Positions 7,376 to 17,700 of a stretch of DNA of 55,686 nucleotides are shown here, one piece after another. The notes under the pieces are model-generated. The model was given only the letters and a program-made list of their open reading frames with translations. It searched no databases and was not told where the DNA came from. The stretch comes from Candidatus Hydrogenedentota bacterium (GTDB taxonomy: Bacteria > Hydrogenedentota > Hydrogenedentia > Hydrogenedentales > GCA-2746185), in the NCBI GenBank assembly GCA_046583315.1, contig JAYGCN010000261.1, positions 1 to 55,686 of the forward strand, read 5' to 3'. Within the stretch, counting starts at the first letter, position 1; every line of letters starts with the position of its first letter. The translations under genes and the position numbers were made by a program.

Positions 7376-9940
7376 TTACTCAGTCACCGTGATGTGAATG
7401 GGTTGTTGTATCTGGAGCTCGCGCACGAGATGAATGTTGAGTTCGTTATTGGTCTGGTTGTGTTTCAGTTGAATCTTGAACGAGGTCTCGTCGGTATCCA
7501 GTTTGAGCGTGACCTTGGGTTTGGTGATGTGTTTGGGGATGGAGAGCTGGATAATTTTTATGGACAGTGGACTATCGAAGGTTATCAGCACCTGTTGCTT
7601 GTAGGGGGACTCGCGGAATTCATATTTGAGCCGCCCGAAAGATACGGGTGTCACCAGTGGGACTTCGAGACGTTTTATGCCTGCGGGCATTTTGGGTGCA
7701 ATGGCTATGGCCTTGCGCGGGATGCTCAGGAAAAATCCTATCAGTGCATAAAGTGAATGCCACACGGAGAGCGCGCCCATGTGATGGTCGTTTTTCCATC
7801 CGGAGGGAGCGTTGTTGACCGGATCCCAGGAAAGGGGCTGATTGAATTGGTAGTCGTTTCGCGTATGCAGGTTCTTGAAAGTCGAGTTCAGGATCTCCAA
7901 TCCCTTATCTACATTTCCGTAATTGATGTGGGTGCAGGCAAGATACACAACGGCAAAGGAGGGCCAGGATTTGTCCGCCTGCGCTTCCATCCCAAAGTGT
8001 TCTTCGTTCTGAGGCGTTGAACCGTCGGGGTGAGCGCCTTTGGTGTAGCCGAATTTTCGGCGGTTCAGCTTTTCAATGGTTTCCAAGGCCGCGATCACGC
8101 GAACATGGGGGAACCAGCCTCCGAGTTTGAGGAAATCAGCGATCCAGGCCCCGCAGAGTTGTCCGCTATGGCAGGCATCGTTAAAAAGCGGGTGGTCGTC
8201 ACGCTCGGGGCGGGCATCGTGGTAGAGACGATAGTAGTGCCGCTCATCGTCCCAGAGGCGTTTCTCGAGATGGGTGAGTGCCTTTTTTGCCTTTTCTTCG
8301 TAGAAGCGTGCCTCTTCTTCGTGTTTGAGCTCGCGTGTGAGATCGGCGTAGGCGACCATTGCGGCTATCCAGATTCCTGCGGAATAGGAGGTGATGCCGT
8401 ACATGGCCCAACCACGAAACGTGGTGGCGTCGCCGGTGACATCGGGGATGCCGTCGCCATCGCGATCAAGCCGCATGCCGTATTCAATGGCGAGTTTAAG
8501 TTTGGGGTGGATCTGCATGAGCGAGGAGTATTTCCCGGTCATGTGGAAATTACGATAGGAAAGTAGAATGAATTTGGCATTCAGATCGATCATTTCGACC
8601 GAGCCGCCGCCGTATCCGGGATGGTGAATGGATTCCTTGCCGAGATCGCGGTAGATGCGGCCCGGGGTCTTGGTATCGTCGGTGTTGGAGAGTAATTTCA
8701 GCTCGATATCCGCATAAGCGGGGAAAAAGAGCATCGTGCCTATGGAACTATAGAAACTTCTGTCGAGCACGCCCAGATGCGGATCGGCTGGAGATTCCAT
8801 CATGGCATATTCGCCTTCCCGGGTCAGAAAGGTATTCGTGGACAGCACGTGGGTGTTGTTGAGGAGCATGCGCGAATACCAGTCGGGAAGGGAGGATTTC
8901 AGGAAGCGTTCGTGGAAGTTGATGATCGCTTCTTGGCAATAGTCGGCCAGTTTGAGGCCCATCTCGTTCACTTCGAGGGAGTTGGCATAGGTGCGGGTGT
9001 AATAGTTGCTCACATCCTCTTTGCCCATCGTATAGACCGGGCAGAACCAGCTCAGGCAAAAGGTGAGACCGATGAAATCTCCTGGTTGAAGAGTTTTTGT
9101 CGCGCATACCGCCCCGTGGTAGGCCGTGCTGTTTTGACTGCATCGATTCGGGAGTTGCGCGTTGTTGGAGAATGAGGACCACAATGTCTGCACATCGTTC
9201 TGGTCGCTGCTGTCCCATCCCATGTGAGAGACCGATACACCTGCCGGGTTCGATGCGGTCAGGCAATAATTTCCTTCCGAGTTGGTGATGGGCTCATCAT
9301 CCAAGGCAAACGAAAGCCCGATTGCTTCGACTCGTCCAGCGCGCGAGACCTGATTGTGGGGGTGGAGATATTTGTCCAGGTCAGTCACGTAGACGGGATG
9401 AATTGCGCCGCGGTACTCGGTGGTGGATGTGTCGAACCAGCCCCGAATATTTTCCCAGTTCATCATCGCCGAAACGGTGACGGGTTGTTCCGTTGTATTC
9501 TTGAACTTAAACACGTTGAGGACGACGGGCATGTTGGAGGCTTCGTTGTCGAAGGGAATCATCGGTGCCAGCGAGGTCCATTGGAAGGGAATGGGCAGAA
9601 CCTCTCCATTGAATTGGTAGTTCGCGGTGGGGTAGAGCCCATGCCAGGAGAGGTATTTTTGCGGTGTATAGTGAGGATTCACACCTGCTTCTTTGAAGGG
9701 GATGTCCGTTTCAGATTGCAGGACTCGCGCGACCGTCTTGTCGCCACTCTGTACGCGTACGGCCATGAAGGCGTTTGGGGAGAGCGGAATGCGCGATGCA
9801 GAAGTGCGATTGTTGTTAATCGTGATGTTGCGCGCGCGCGCATCCCGGCCCATCTCGATGACACCGGTACCGATTCCGCCCAACGGTACGCCGGTGGACG
9901 GGGCCTTGGGTCCCTCGGGTTTTGATGCTGTGTCAGCCAT
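7376..9940 (-). CDS. GH116 (GBA2-like) family glycoside hydrolase homolog
   Basis: GVPLGGIGTG N-terminal motif, GLYP, DRDGDGIPD Ca-binding loop, GQLCGAW. Confidence 0.85.
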   Translation of the reverse strand: MADTASKPEGPKAPSTGVPLGGIGTGVIEMGRDARARNITINNNRTSASRIPLSPNAFMAVRVQSGDKTVARVLQSETDIPFKEAGVNPHYTPQKYLSWHGLYPTANYQFNGEVLPIPFQWTSLAPMIPFDNEASNMPVVLNVFKFKNTTEQPVTVSAMMNWENIRGWFDTSTTEYRGAIHPVYVTDLDKYLHPHNQVSRAGRVEAIGLSFALDDEPITNSEGNYCLTASNPAGVSVSHMGWDSSDQNDVQTLWSSFSNNAQLPNRCSQNSTAYHGAVCATKTLQPGDFIGLTFCLSWFCPVYTMGKEDVSNYYTRTYANSLEVNEMGLKLADYCQEAIINFHERFLKSSLPDWYSRMLLNNTHVLSTNTFLTREGEYAMMESPADPHLGVLDRSFYSSIGTMLFFPAYADIELKLLSNTDDTKTPGRIYRDLGKESIHHPGYGGGSVEMIDLNAKFILLSYRNFHMTGKYSSLMQIHPKLKLAIEYGMRLDRDGDGIPDVTGDATTFRGWAMYGITSYSAGIWIAAMVAYADLTRELKHEEEARFYEEKAKKALTHLEKRLWDDERHYYRLYHDARPERDDHPLFNDACHSGQLCGAWIADFLKLGGWFPHVRVIAALETIEKLNRRKFGYTKGAHPDGSTPQNEEHFGMEAQADKSWPSFAVVYLACTHINYGNVDKGLEILNSTFKNLHTRNDYQFNQPLSWDPVNNAPSGWKNDHHMGALSVWHSLYALIGFFLSIPRKAIAIAPKMPAGIKRLEVPLVTPVSFGRLKYEFRESPYKQQVLITFDSPLSIKIIQLSIPKHITKPKVTLKLDTDETSFKIQLKHNQTNNELNIHLVRELQIQQPIHITVTE

Positions 9941-10421
9941 TGGTTTCGGGGCCTTCCGTGGTGTCGAGCAACATTTCCATGACGATAGCGTCTTCTTTGG
10001 ATTTGGCGTAATACCCTCGTCGTAGGCCTATCTTCTTGAACCCGAAATGTTCGTACATGGTGCGTGCCGTTGCATTGGACTCGCGCACCTCCAGGGTCAG
10101 GCTGCGCGCTTCGAATTTTGTCGCCTCTTTGATGAGATGATGCATTTGTTCACGACCGAAGCCGTTGCCGCGATGCTCTTGGCTCACGGTTACGGTCGTA
10201 ACATGAGCGACATCGATCAGGAGCCAAAACCCGGAATAGCCGATTAGTTGATCTCCCAGATAGGCAATGAAGAAATGTGAATTGTTGTTTCGGATTTCAT
10301 CGCGAAACATGCCGCCGGTCCAGGGCTCTGGATAGGCCTCATGTTCGATTTCCTGAAGCGCGGGAATCAGCGTGTCGGTCAATTGCTCGTAGTGGAGATG
10401 TGAGGCCGAAGTGGTCGTCAT
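9933..10421 (-). CDS. rimI: Ribosomal-protein-alanine N-acetyltransferase (GNAT)
   Basis: PWT, RGNGFG, LEVRESN..A..MYE.FGF...G.RRGYY; adjacent to tsaB. Confidence 0.92.
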   Translation of the reverse strand: MTTTSASHLHYEQLTDTLIPALQEIEHEAYPEPWTGGMFRDEIRNNNSHFFIAYLGDQLIGYSGFWLLIDVAHVTTVTVSQEHRGNGFGREQMHHLIKEATKFEARSLTLEVRESNATARTMYEHFGFKKIGLRRGYYAKSKEDAIVMEMLLDTTEGPETNG

Positions 10422-11122
10422 GGTGACACCGCCGCCGCGTTTTTCGCGTCACGGACTTCTTCCGCCTGAGATTTTCGCAGGTAGAGTGGTGACACGGGGT
10501 TGTCGTTGGCCGGCATTTCAATCTGGCACAGGCGAAACGCTTCCTGAGCGACCGCCGTCGCGCTCGGTGCATCGAAGGAGTCGGGCAGTATTTCGGCTGT
10601 CGGAAGTTGCTCCAAAATCACCGTTTTATATTTCGTCGCGCCATCCCCGATGAAAACGGTATTCGTGGGACAGCGTTTCAGCACGGCCTCGATCGAATCG
10701 ACGACTGGCGGGAACTGAGCAATTTGTTTGTTGTTTTCGAAAGTATAGAGGCAGGCATAGACTTCGTCCATTTTCGCATCCAGTAATGCGCAGACAGGGC
10801 CTTTCGGCGAAGGAACCCGAGTGGCCAGCGCGTCGAGCGTGGGGATGCCGATAATTGGCGCTTGAACCCCTGAGGCAAGACCCTTCCAGGCAGACACGCC
10901 GATGCGCAGCCCGGTGAAGGAGCCGGGTCCAATGGACACTGCAAAGAGCTCGATTGCTGTGAGGGATGTTTTGGATTCGCTGAGGATACTATCGAGTACA
11001 GGAAGAATCTTTTCGGCGTGTTGGCGGTCTGCGTATCCGGTGAATTCGGCGAGAACGTCATCGTTGTCACACAACGATACGCTCAAATAGGGAGTCGATG
11101 TGTCAGCGGCCAGAATAAGCAT
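10418..11122 (-). CDS. tsaB: t6A biosynthesis protein TsaB
   Basis: ILAADTST, GPGSFTGLRIG, LDAKMDEVY, PLYLR; ATG at 11122 chosen as start. Confidence 0.95.
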   Translation of the reverse strand: MLILAADTSTPYLSVSLCDNDDVLAEFTGYADRQHAEKILPVLDSILSESKTSLTAIELFAVSIGPGSFTGLRIGVSAWKGLASGVQAPIIGIPTLDALATRVPSPKGPVCALLDAKMDEVYACLYTFENNKQIAQFPPVVDSIEAVLKRCPTNTVFIGDGATKYKTVILEQLPTAEILPDSFDAPSATAVAQEAFRLCQIEMPANDNPVSPLYLRKSQAEEVRDAKNAAAVSP

Positions 11123-11255
11123 AATAGTGTGGTATTCGTCAGGGTTTTTGTATCCTTGTGCACCCAAAAAGTACACTCGAGATGACATCACTCCACTCTG
11201 AACCGTTTACCCTGTGTTTTCGATTCGAATTCAACTCCCCAATACTGCGGAAACA

Positions 11256-11612
11256 CTAAAGCGAAGACTTCGGATCGGTTTCCGGTGAACTTGATGGATT
11301 CTGAGTTGGCTCGGAATCAGTAGTTGAGGCAGGTATTTGGCCTGACACAAATTCTTTCATTTTCTTGCCCGGTCGAAACGTCACAACGCGACGTTCGGGT
11401 ACCGGCACTTGATCGCCGGTACGTGGGTTGCGGCCGATGCGAGAGGCGCGCGTTTTGACTTCGAACACGCCGAAGTCGCGCAGTTCCCAGCGCTTCCCGT
11501 CAGCCAACGATTCCGAGATGGTTTCAAAGGTCGTCTCGATCACTTTGGCGACTTCACTCTGCGTCATGCCCAGCTTGTTTGACACTCGAATCACGAGCTC
11601 TCGTTTTGTCAT
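11256..11612 (-). CDS. HU/IHF-family nucleoid protein with Ser/Thr/Pro-rich C-terminal tail
   Basis: MTKRELV, FGVFEV, GRNPRTG, VVTFRPGK. Confidence 0.93.
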   Translation of the reverse strand: MTKRELVIRVSNKLGMTQSEVAKVIETTFETISESLADGKRWELRDFGVFEVKTRASRIGRNPRTGDQVPVPERRVVTFRPGKKMKEFVSGQIPASTTDSEPTQNPSSSPETDPKSSL

Positions 11613-11698
11613 AGTCACGTGTTCAGTCCTCGCATGGTTCTATTTCTTATGATATGGATAAGTCCAGCTACACTATAGAGATACATTCCTAATGGATT

Positions 11699-11727
11699 AT
11701 TATAGGGTGTCGGCACGTGGCTTGCAA
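11699..11727 (-). promoter_or_regulatory. Sigma70-type promoter for the HU/IHF gene
   Basis: Minus strand TTGCAA-17 bp-TATAAT. Confidence 0.7.
11711..11726 (+). promoter_or_regulatory. Candidate sigma54 -24/-12 element
   Basis: CGGCACGTGGCTTGCA, GG-N10-GC spacing, near consensus TGGCACGN4TTGC. Confidence 0.45.
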
Positions 11728-11863
11728 GTCTTTTTCGTAGAATATGTTAGGGGAGTTTTTAGATAATTCAGTGATGTTTTTACCGAATATGCTGGATTCA
11801 TCGCTGTAAAAGTCCGTAATCACGTTGTATTTGCGTCGGTTGCTCGAAAACGACATCGATTTT

Positions 11864-11872
11864 TGCTATACT
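11864..11872 (+). promoter_or_regulatory. Extended -10 promoter upstream of valS
   Basis: TGCTATACT (TGn + TATACT) about 70 bp before the ATG. Confidence 0.45.
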
Positions 11873-11943
11873 CCTCCGACTTGCGCCTGCTTTGAATTTG
11901 AAGCGTGGCGCTTTTTTTGAAGAATGTCAATTCTGGAGTTGTT

Positions 11944-14556
11944 ATGGACCTGCCGAAGAAATATAAACCCCGCGAAGTAGAAGAAAATTGGAAGAAGGCT
12001 TGGGGGGAATCGGGAATTTATGCGTGGGATTCGACGCGGAGCCGGGATGAAACCTTCGTCGTGGATACGCCGCCGCCGACGGTGAGTGGTTCGCTTCATT
12101 TGGGACATCTCTTCAGTTATTCGCACCAGGATTTCATTGTTCGTTATCAGCGCATGACGGGCAAGAACATATTTTTTCCGATTGGATGGGACGATAACGG
12201 TCTGCCGACTGAGCGCCGCGTGCAGAATCTGATGAACGTAAAGTGCTCGACTGAGGTCGCATATGATCCCGAGTTTAAGGGCGAGCGTCTCACGAGAAAA
12301 GTGAAAACGCCTCCAACACCGATCAGCCGCAAAAATTTTGTTGAACTGTGCGATGACGTGGTCGTGGATGACGAGGAAGTGTTCAAGGCGCTGTGGACGC
12401 GCTTGGGTCTCAGCTACGATTGGGACCAGGAATACACGACGATTGGAAAACACTCGCGCCGAATTTCTCAGTACAGTTTCCTGAAGCTACTGGAAGACGA
12501 CGAGATGTATCAGGCGGAACGTCCTGTCTTGTGGGACGTGGATTTTCAGACGGCTATCGCACAGGCGGAATTGACGGACAAGGAATTGCCGAGCGCGTAT
12601 CAGTATTTGAACTTTGGTGTGGATGGTTCGGACACGAAATTGGTCGTTGCTACGACGCGTCCAGAGTTACTACCCGCGTGCGTGGCGGTAGTGGTTCATC
12701 CAGATGACGAGCGATATAAAGAATTTGTCGGCAAAGAAGCGATTACCCCGTTATTCGGCGTAAAAGTGAAAATTATCTCCGACACCAAGGCCGATCCCGA
12801 GAAGGGTACCGGCGTGGTTATGATTTGTACCTTCGGTGATCAGACGGACGTGGAGTGGTGGCGGGAGTATCAGTTGCCTACGCGTCAGATTCTGAATCGG
12901 GAAGGACACCTCATCCATGTCAACTTTGGCGACGAGGGATGGGAGAGTGTGGACGCGGCTAAGGCGAATGCAGTTTACGAGAAACTTGCAGGCAAGTACG
13001 TGAAGCCTGCTCGAAGAATCATCATTGAAGAAGCCGAAGCGGCGGGGGATGTGATCGCGTCTCCCAAAGAAGACATCATGCATTCGGTGAAGTTTTTTGA
13101 GAAGGGCGACCGTCCTCTTGAGTTGATTCCTGCGCGTCAGTGGTACACGAAAATCATGGACAAGAAGGAAGCTCTTATTGCGCAGGGGGAGAAGATTCAG
13201 TGGCATCCTGAGTATATGCGTAAACGCTATGAGCACTGGGTGGAAGGATTGAATCAGGACTGGTGTTTGAGTCGTCAGCGATTCTTCGGCGTGCCGATTC
13301 CGGTCTGGTACAAGATTGATGAGCATGGCGAGATTCAGTATGACCAACACATGGTGCCGACAACTGAGCAGCTTCCCGTTGACCCACAGAGTGAAGCTCC
13401 GAATGGTTATACCGAAGACCAACGCAATCAGCCGAATGGTTTCTCGGGCGATTCGGATATTCTGGATACCTGGGCGACGAGTTCGCTGACGCCGCAGATA
13501 TCGTCTCATTGGTTCGACGATGAAGAACGTCACGCGAAGTTGTATCCTGCTGATATGCGCCCGCAGGGGCACGATATTATTCGTACATGGGCGTTTTATA
13601 CGATTGCGAAGGCGTATTTGCATGATAAAGAGGTTCCGTGGCACAACATCACGTTGAGCGGCTGGATTCTGGATCCGGACCGTAAGAAGATGTCGAAAAG
13701 TCAGGGTAACGTCGTTACGCCTGAGCCGATGTTGGACGATTACGGCGCTGACTCCGTGCGGTATTGGGCAGGACGCGCGCGTTTGGGTGTGGATACGGCG
13801 CATGACGAGCAGGTGTTCAAGGTTGGTAAACGTCTGTGCATGAAAATGTTCAACGCGAGTAAGTTTGTGTTGCAGCGTTTTGAAGGGGTAGATCCGGTGG
13901 GACTTGGGCCGGAAAAAATTACGCACGAGTCGGATCGCGCGGCGATTGCGCAATTACGCCCGTTGATCGAACGCGCGACGAAGGCCTTCGACGACTTCGA
14001 TTATTCGCAGGCGCTTCAGTTAACCGAAGACTTCTTCTGGGCGATGTTCTGTGACAATTATATTGAGTTGGCGAAATCGCGGACCTACGATGAGGAACTT
14101 TCGGCGGAACGGTTATCGGCTGCTGCGAGTTTGCGACTGATTCATCGTGCGCTTGTGCGGATGCTGGCACCGTTTATCCCCTTTATTACTGACGAGGTAT
14201 GGCATTGGGCGTATAGCGGGGATGCGGATATGCACGACTCGGTGCATCGTAGTCCGTGGCCGACGCTGGACGAGTTTGCGTCGATTCCTGAGCCGACAAA
14301 CGCGGGCAGCTGGGACGCGGCGCTTGAGGTGATTGACGCGATTCGCAAGTACAAGGCGACCGCGCAGGTGAGCGTGAAGGCACCGATAGAAGAGGCGCGG
14401 GTTCAGCATACGGACGCATTTATTGAATCCGTTTCCTTCGTGTTGGGCGATCTGATGGAAATGCTATCCATCGAAAATGTTGATCTTGCGGTGGATGCCT
14501 CGGCGACAGAACTGACGGTTGAGGCGACGTTGAAGGAGCAACCGACTGAGGGCTAG
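11944..14556 (+). CDS. valS: Valine--tRNA ligase (archaeal/actinobacterial type)
   Basis: PPPTVSGSLHLGH (HIGH), ATTRPELL, WCLSRQR, PQGHDIIRTW, KMSKS. Confidence 0.97.
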   Translation: MDLPKKYKPREVEENWKKAWGESGIYAWDSTRSRDETFVVDTPPPTVSGSLHLGHLFSYSHQDFIVRYQRMTGKNIFFPIGWDDNGLPTERRVQNLMNVKCSTEVAYDPEFKGERLTRKVKTPPTPISRKNFVELCDDVVVDDEEVFKALWTRLGLSYDWDQEYTTIGKHSRRISQYSFLKLLEDDEMYQAERPVLWDVDFQTAIAQAELTDKELPSAYQYLNFGVDGSDTKLVVATTRPELLPACVAVVVHPDDERYKEFVGKEAITPLFGVKVKIISDTKADPEKGTGVVMICTFGDQTDVEWWREYQLPTRQILNREGHLIHVNFGDEGWESVDAAKANAVYEKLAGKYVKPARRIIIEEAEAAGDVIASPKEDIMHSVKFFEKGDRPLELIPARQWYTKIMDKKEALIAQGEKIQWHPEYMRKRYEHWVEGLNQDWCLSRQRFFGVPIPVWYKIDEHGEIQYDQHMVPTTEQLPVDPQSEAPNGYTEDQRNQPNGFSGDSDILDTWATSSLTPQISSHWFDDEERHAKLYPADMRPQGHDIIRTWAFYTIAKAYLHDKEVPWHNITLSGWILDPDRKKMSKSQGNVVTPEPMLDDYGADSVRYWAGRARLGVDTAHDEQVFKVGKRLCMKMFNASKFVLQRFEGVDPVGLGPEKITHESDRAAIAQLRPLIERATKAFDDFDYSQALQLTEDFFWAMFCDNYIELAKSRTYDEELSAERLSAAASLRLIHRALVRMLAPFIPFITDEVWHWAYSGDADMHDSVHRSPWPTLDEFASIPEPTNAGSWDAALEVIDAIRKYKATAQVSVKAPIEEARVQHTDAFIESVSFVLGDLMEMLSIENVDLAVDASATELTVEATLKEQPTEG

Positions 14557-14567
14557 GCCTTCGAGCA

Positions 14568-14597
14568 TTGCAAGACTCAGCGTTAATTCGCTATACT
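14568..14597 (+). promoter_or_regulatory. Sigma70 promoter for tRNA-Leu
   Basis: TTGCAA-18 bp-TATACT ending 13 bp before the tRNA. Confidence 0.55.
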
Positions 14598-14610
14598 TGT
14601 TTTTCTCCAT

Positions 14611-14697
14611 GCCGGAGTGGCGAAATTGGCAGACGCACAGGATTCAAAATCCTGCGGTGGCAACACCGTGGGGGTTCAAGTCCCCCCTCCGGCACCA
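14611..14697 (+). tRNA. tRNA-Leu(CAA)
   Basis: Acceptor GCCGGAG/CTCCGGC, anticodon arm CAGGA-TTCAAAA-TCCTG, long variable arm, GGTTCAAGTCC T-arm, encoded CCA. Confidence 0.97.
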
Positions 14698-14711
14698 TAT
14701 TTAATGGACTT

Positions 14712-14746
14712 AAGGACTCGCTTAGGTAACTAAGCGAGTCCTTTTT
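14712..14746 (+). terminator. Intrinsic terminator after tRNA-Leu, possibly shared with the convergent kinase gene
   Basis: AAGGACTCGCTTAG-gtaa-CTAAGCGAGTCCTT followed by T-tract. Confidence 0.85.
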
Positions 14747-14772
14747 GGTTATGGGGCGGGATTTGAATCCGG

Positions 14773-17700
14773 TCACTTTCCCTCCGTATCAGCAAAGCGA
14801 TGTTTGATTTCTTCAGTCCAGTTTTCGACTACCCTGATTTCGGTCGGTCGATTCGAAGCTTGGGCCTCTACTTCCTTCATCATGAGAAATCGCTTCTTGA
14901 TGGGGCCGAAACCGTAATTGCGCTGGAAGAGACTCATCGGAGTCCGCACGTATTTATCGAGAAACAGCGGCTGGGGAGTGTCCCATGCGAAAGATTCTGT
15001 CTGACGAATCGATGCTTTCATCATGTGGGTTGGACCCCGAAAATACAGGGCGGATCCATCAGCGGCCCAGACGGGATCGCGTCCTCCTTCGCTCGTAATT
15101 TGACCGACAACATTCGAATCCGGCCAAGACCGGACAAACACGTTCAAGTCACCCGTTTCATTGGAGGTGTAAGCATACCAACGGCCGTCGGGCGAAAACA
15201 TAGGTGAAAGAAAGTTGTGATCGCCGCTGTCCACGACCACTTCCATTCGATACTGTTCGTCGGCATGCATGACAATAATATCGGCCTGATAGTCCCCAAA
15301 AATCATATTTCCATCAGGCGACCACGATGCGAGTGACGGGTTAAGTAGCCCATAACCAGCGGCGACTTGCATGCCCGAACCGGACAAATCTACGGGCTTA
15401 AGGTACAAGTTTAAACCGTCTGGTTTTCCCGTCCAATAGAGAACCTTCGATCCGTCTGGAGACCAAATTGAATCGGAATTTATTGAATTCTCGAACGTAA
15501 ACCGTAGGAACGGATCCGATCCGTTTGCCATCCAAATATTCTTGCGGTCAGTAGTGGTCGCCACAATACTCATCTCGCCGTTTGCGGTAGAAATCCGAAT
15601 TTTGTTGAATGGCCTGGGGGGGGTGTCTAAGGATTCTTCCGTACCGTCTTCCAGTACCCAGACGAGTCGACTGATCGACTCTTGAATCTCACCAGAAGAA
15701 ACATAGACCAAATGGTTTCCGTTGGGCTGAACGAATTTCGATCCGGGAGTAAACCCATCTTCCCGCACACTCCATGATCCAACCAGTGCCTTTCGTTTCT
15801 CGTCAAAGGTTCTTAGCGTGATGTCCGAACTATTCTGAACCAGGACATCACCACTAGGCAAAAATGCCGTCACTGCTTTTTCTACGAGGCGTGTGGTTTC
15901 CCCGGACTCGAAATCGAGCAGATGAGTTACTGTTGAATCAATATCCGGATGCGTCGCAACAAAATATAATAAAAACTGCTTTGTTGGATCGACAGACGTT
16001 GGAATTTCGATGGCAGCGGAGGAGGAATGTGCAGAAATTGTACCCTGTTGTTCTCCAGTTACGATATTGAATGTGAGCAATCTGAGCGCACGGGATGTTC
16101 CAATTAGAGTAACGTCGTCCAGCCAAACGTTTGGTACTGGGGCAGGCATTAAGGATTCGAATAGTTTGCGTGGCGTCCCCCCCTCCACCGGAAGTGTCCA
16201 CATTGAACCACGCGCCCAGTAAGCGAAACGTGTTCCATCGGGGGACAGTGAAATAAAACTAGCTCCATCACTTCCGGCAACATGTTTTACTTCGAATCGG
16301 TCAACTGGGCGCGCCATGATGATGTTGTCGCCGTTTACATCTGCAACATAGTAAATAACCTTGCTGTCTTGCGACATCAAAGGAGATTCCAATGCGAGAT
16401 TATTTGACGCAACGGGGTAGGCGGGGTCAATTGTAATTGAGTACCGTCGCACAGGCTTCGGTTGCGCGGCGAGGACTTCCTGCGCGGCCTTTTTCATGAG
16501 CCAAGCCTGCTCATACTTATAAAGCGGATGCTCCGGCGGCAATGGTGGGTATCCCAATTTTTCGATGAGCGCCCAATAGCGGGGGTCGGCCATGAGGGCT
16601 TCCTCGGATTTGCGGAGGTGGGGGTAGAGGTCGCCGAAGAAAGCATTTCGGAGTAACGGTAGAAACGAGTCGTTCGGTTCGTTTATCGCCTCTTCGAACA
16701 GACTGAGTGTTTTTGACAAATTTCCTACGCCGCGATATCCGAAGGCGAGTATACCCGGTGGAATGTATTGGGTTTCTCCTTGCTGTTCGACATCGTCCAG
16801 TAGTTTTTGTGCGCGCTGCAGTTGTCCGTCCAGCGCGTAGCCGAGTACTAACAATATAGTTGGTACCGGGCTACCCTGTGAAAGTTTGACAAGGTGTTCG
16901 GCGGTTTCGAGGCCTTCGTTGAGAAGACCGGAAGAAAGCTCGGCATAGGCCAGGGCGAGTAAAGCGCGTTGACTGTCCGGCTCGTTTTTCAGGATGTCTC
17001 GCAATATTCCAAGACCCTGTTCGAGATCTCCATTTAGAGCAAGAACATTCCCAAAATCAATCTGAATAGCAACGTCGTTCGGGGCGAGTTCGAAAGCACG
17101 TCTTATCTGGGAGACCGCTTTTTCATAGTTCCCCATCATTTGGTGCAAAAGAGCAGATCGTACATACGCCTCCGCATGATTGGGATTCGATTCAATGAGG
17201 GTTCTGTATCCTTCCTCCGAAGCCGCCCAGTTCAAGGTGAGGTAGAAATTGGATTGAATCAACCCTCTCATTGCATCAGCGTCCGTTTGATCCAATGCGC
17301 GTTCTTTTTCGAAATAACTTCGGGCTGTTTCGAGATTTTGGCTCGGTGAGGAGACTCCGTAAGTTAACATTGACATTCGAACCCAGCCCAATTGCGACCA
17401 CCCAGGTCAGAAATTCGGATCCAGTTGGGTTACGCGCTGTAAAAATCTATCGGCTTGAGACAATCCTTGTTGAGTGATATTCATCGCTTCTTCGCTGCCT
17501 CGAAGAAAGAGGTCGTAGGCTTCACGGTCAACGGTATCCATTGAGGTAATCCGCGTGCGTTCTTCGGGACTGATTTCGGTTTTAATTTCTTCGGCGATGG
17601 CTAACGCTACCTCTGATTGAAGTCTGAGAACGCCGGTGATCGTTTCGGTGGATCTCGTGTTCTAGAGGCTTTGCCCAGTCGTGGGGTCAATAAGGCTGAC

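Noticed and set aside
11730..11943. T-box riboswitch upstream of valS
   Set aside because: No T-box consensus (GGTGGNACCGCG) or terminator/antiterminator seen
12751..13953. 400-aa antisense ORF inside valS, and similar long shadow ORFs opposite fliO/fliP, glnD, dnaE and the serine hydrolase
   Set aside because: Fully overlap well-supported genes, have no recognisable motifs, and are expected from codon bias
16174..16191. GTCCCCCCCTCC resembling the tRNA-Leu 3' end (possible att duplicate)
   Set aside because: Short, low-complexity, and inside the kinase coding frame (VEGGT)
17407..17664. Stop-codon reassignment (TGA or TAG read as sense) to explain the in-frame stops
   Set aside because: Conserved genes end at the expected positions with TGA (fliP, dgt, degP, batA) and TAG (motB, valS, moxR), so the standard code applies
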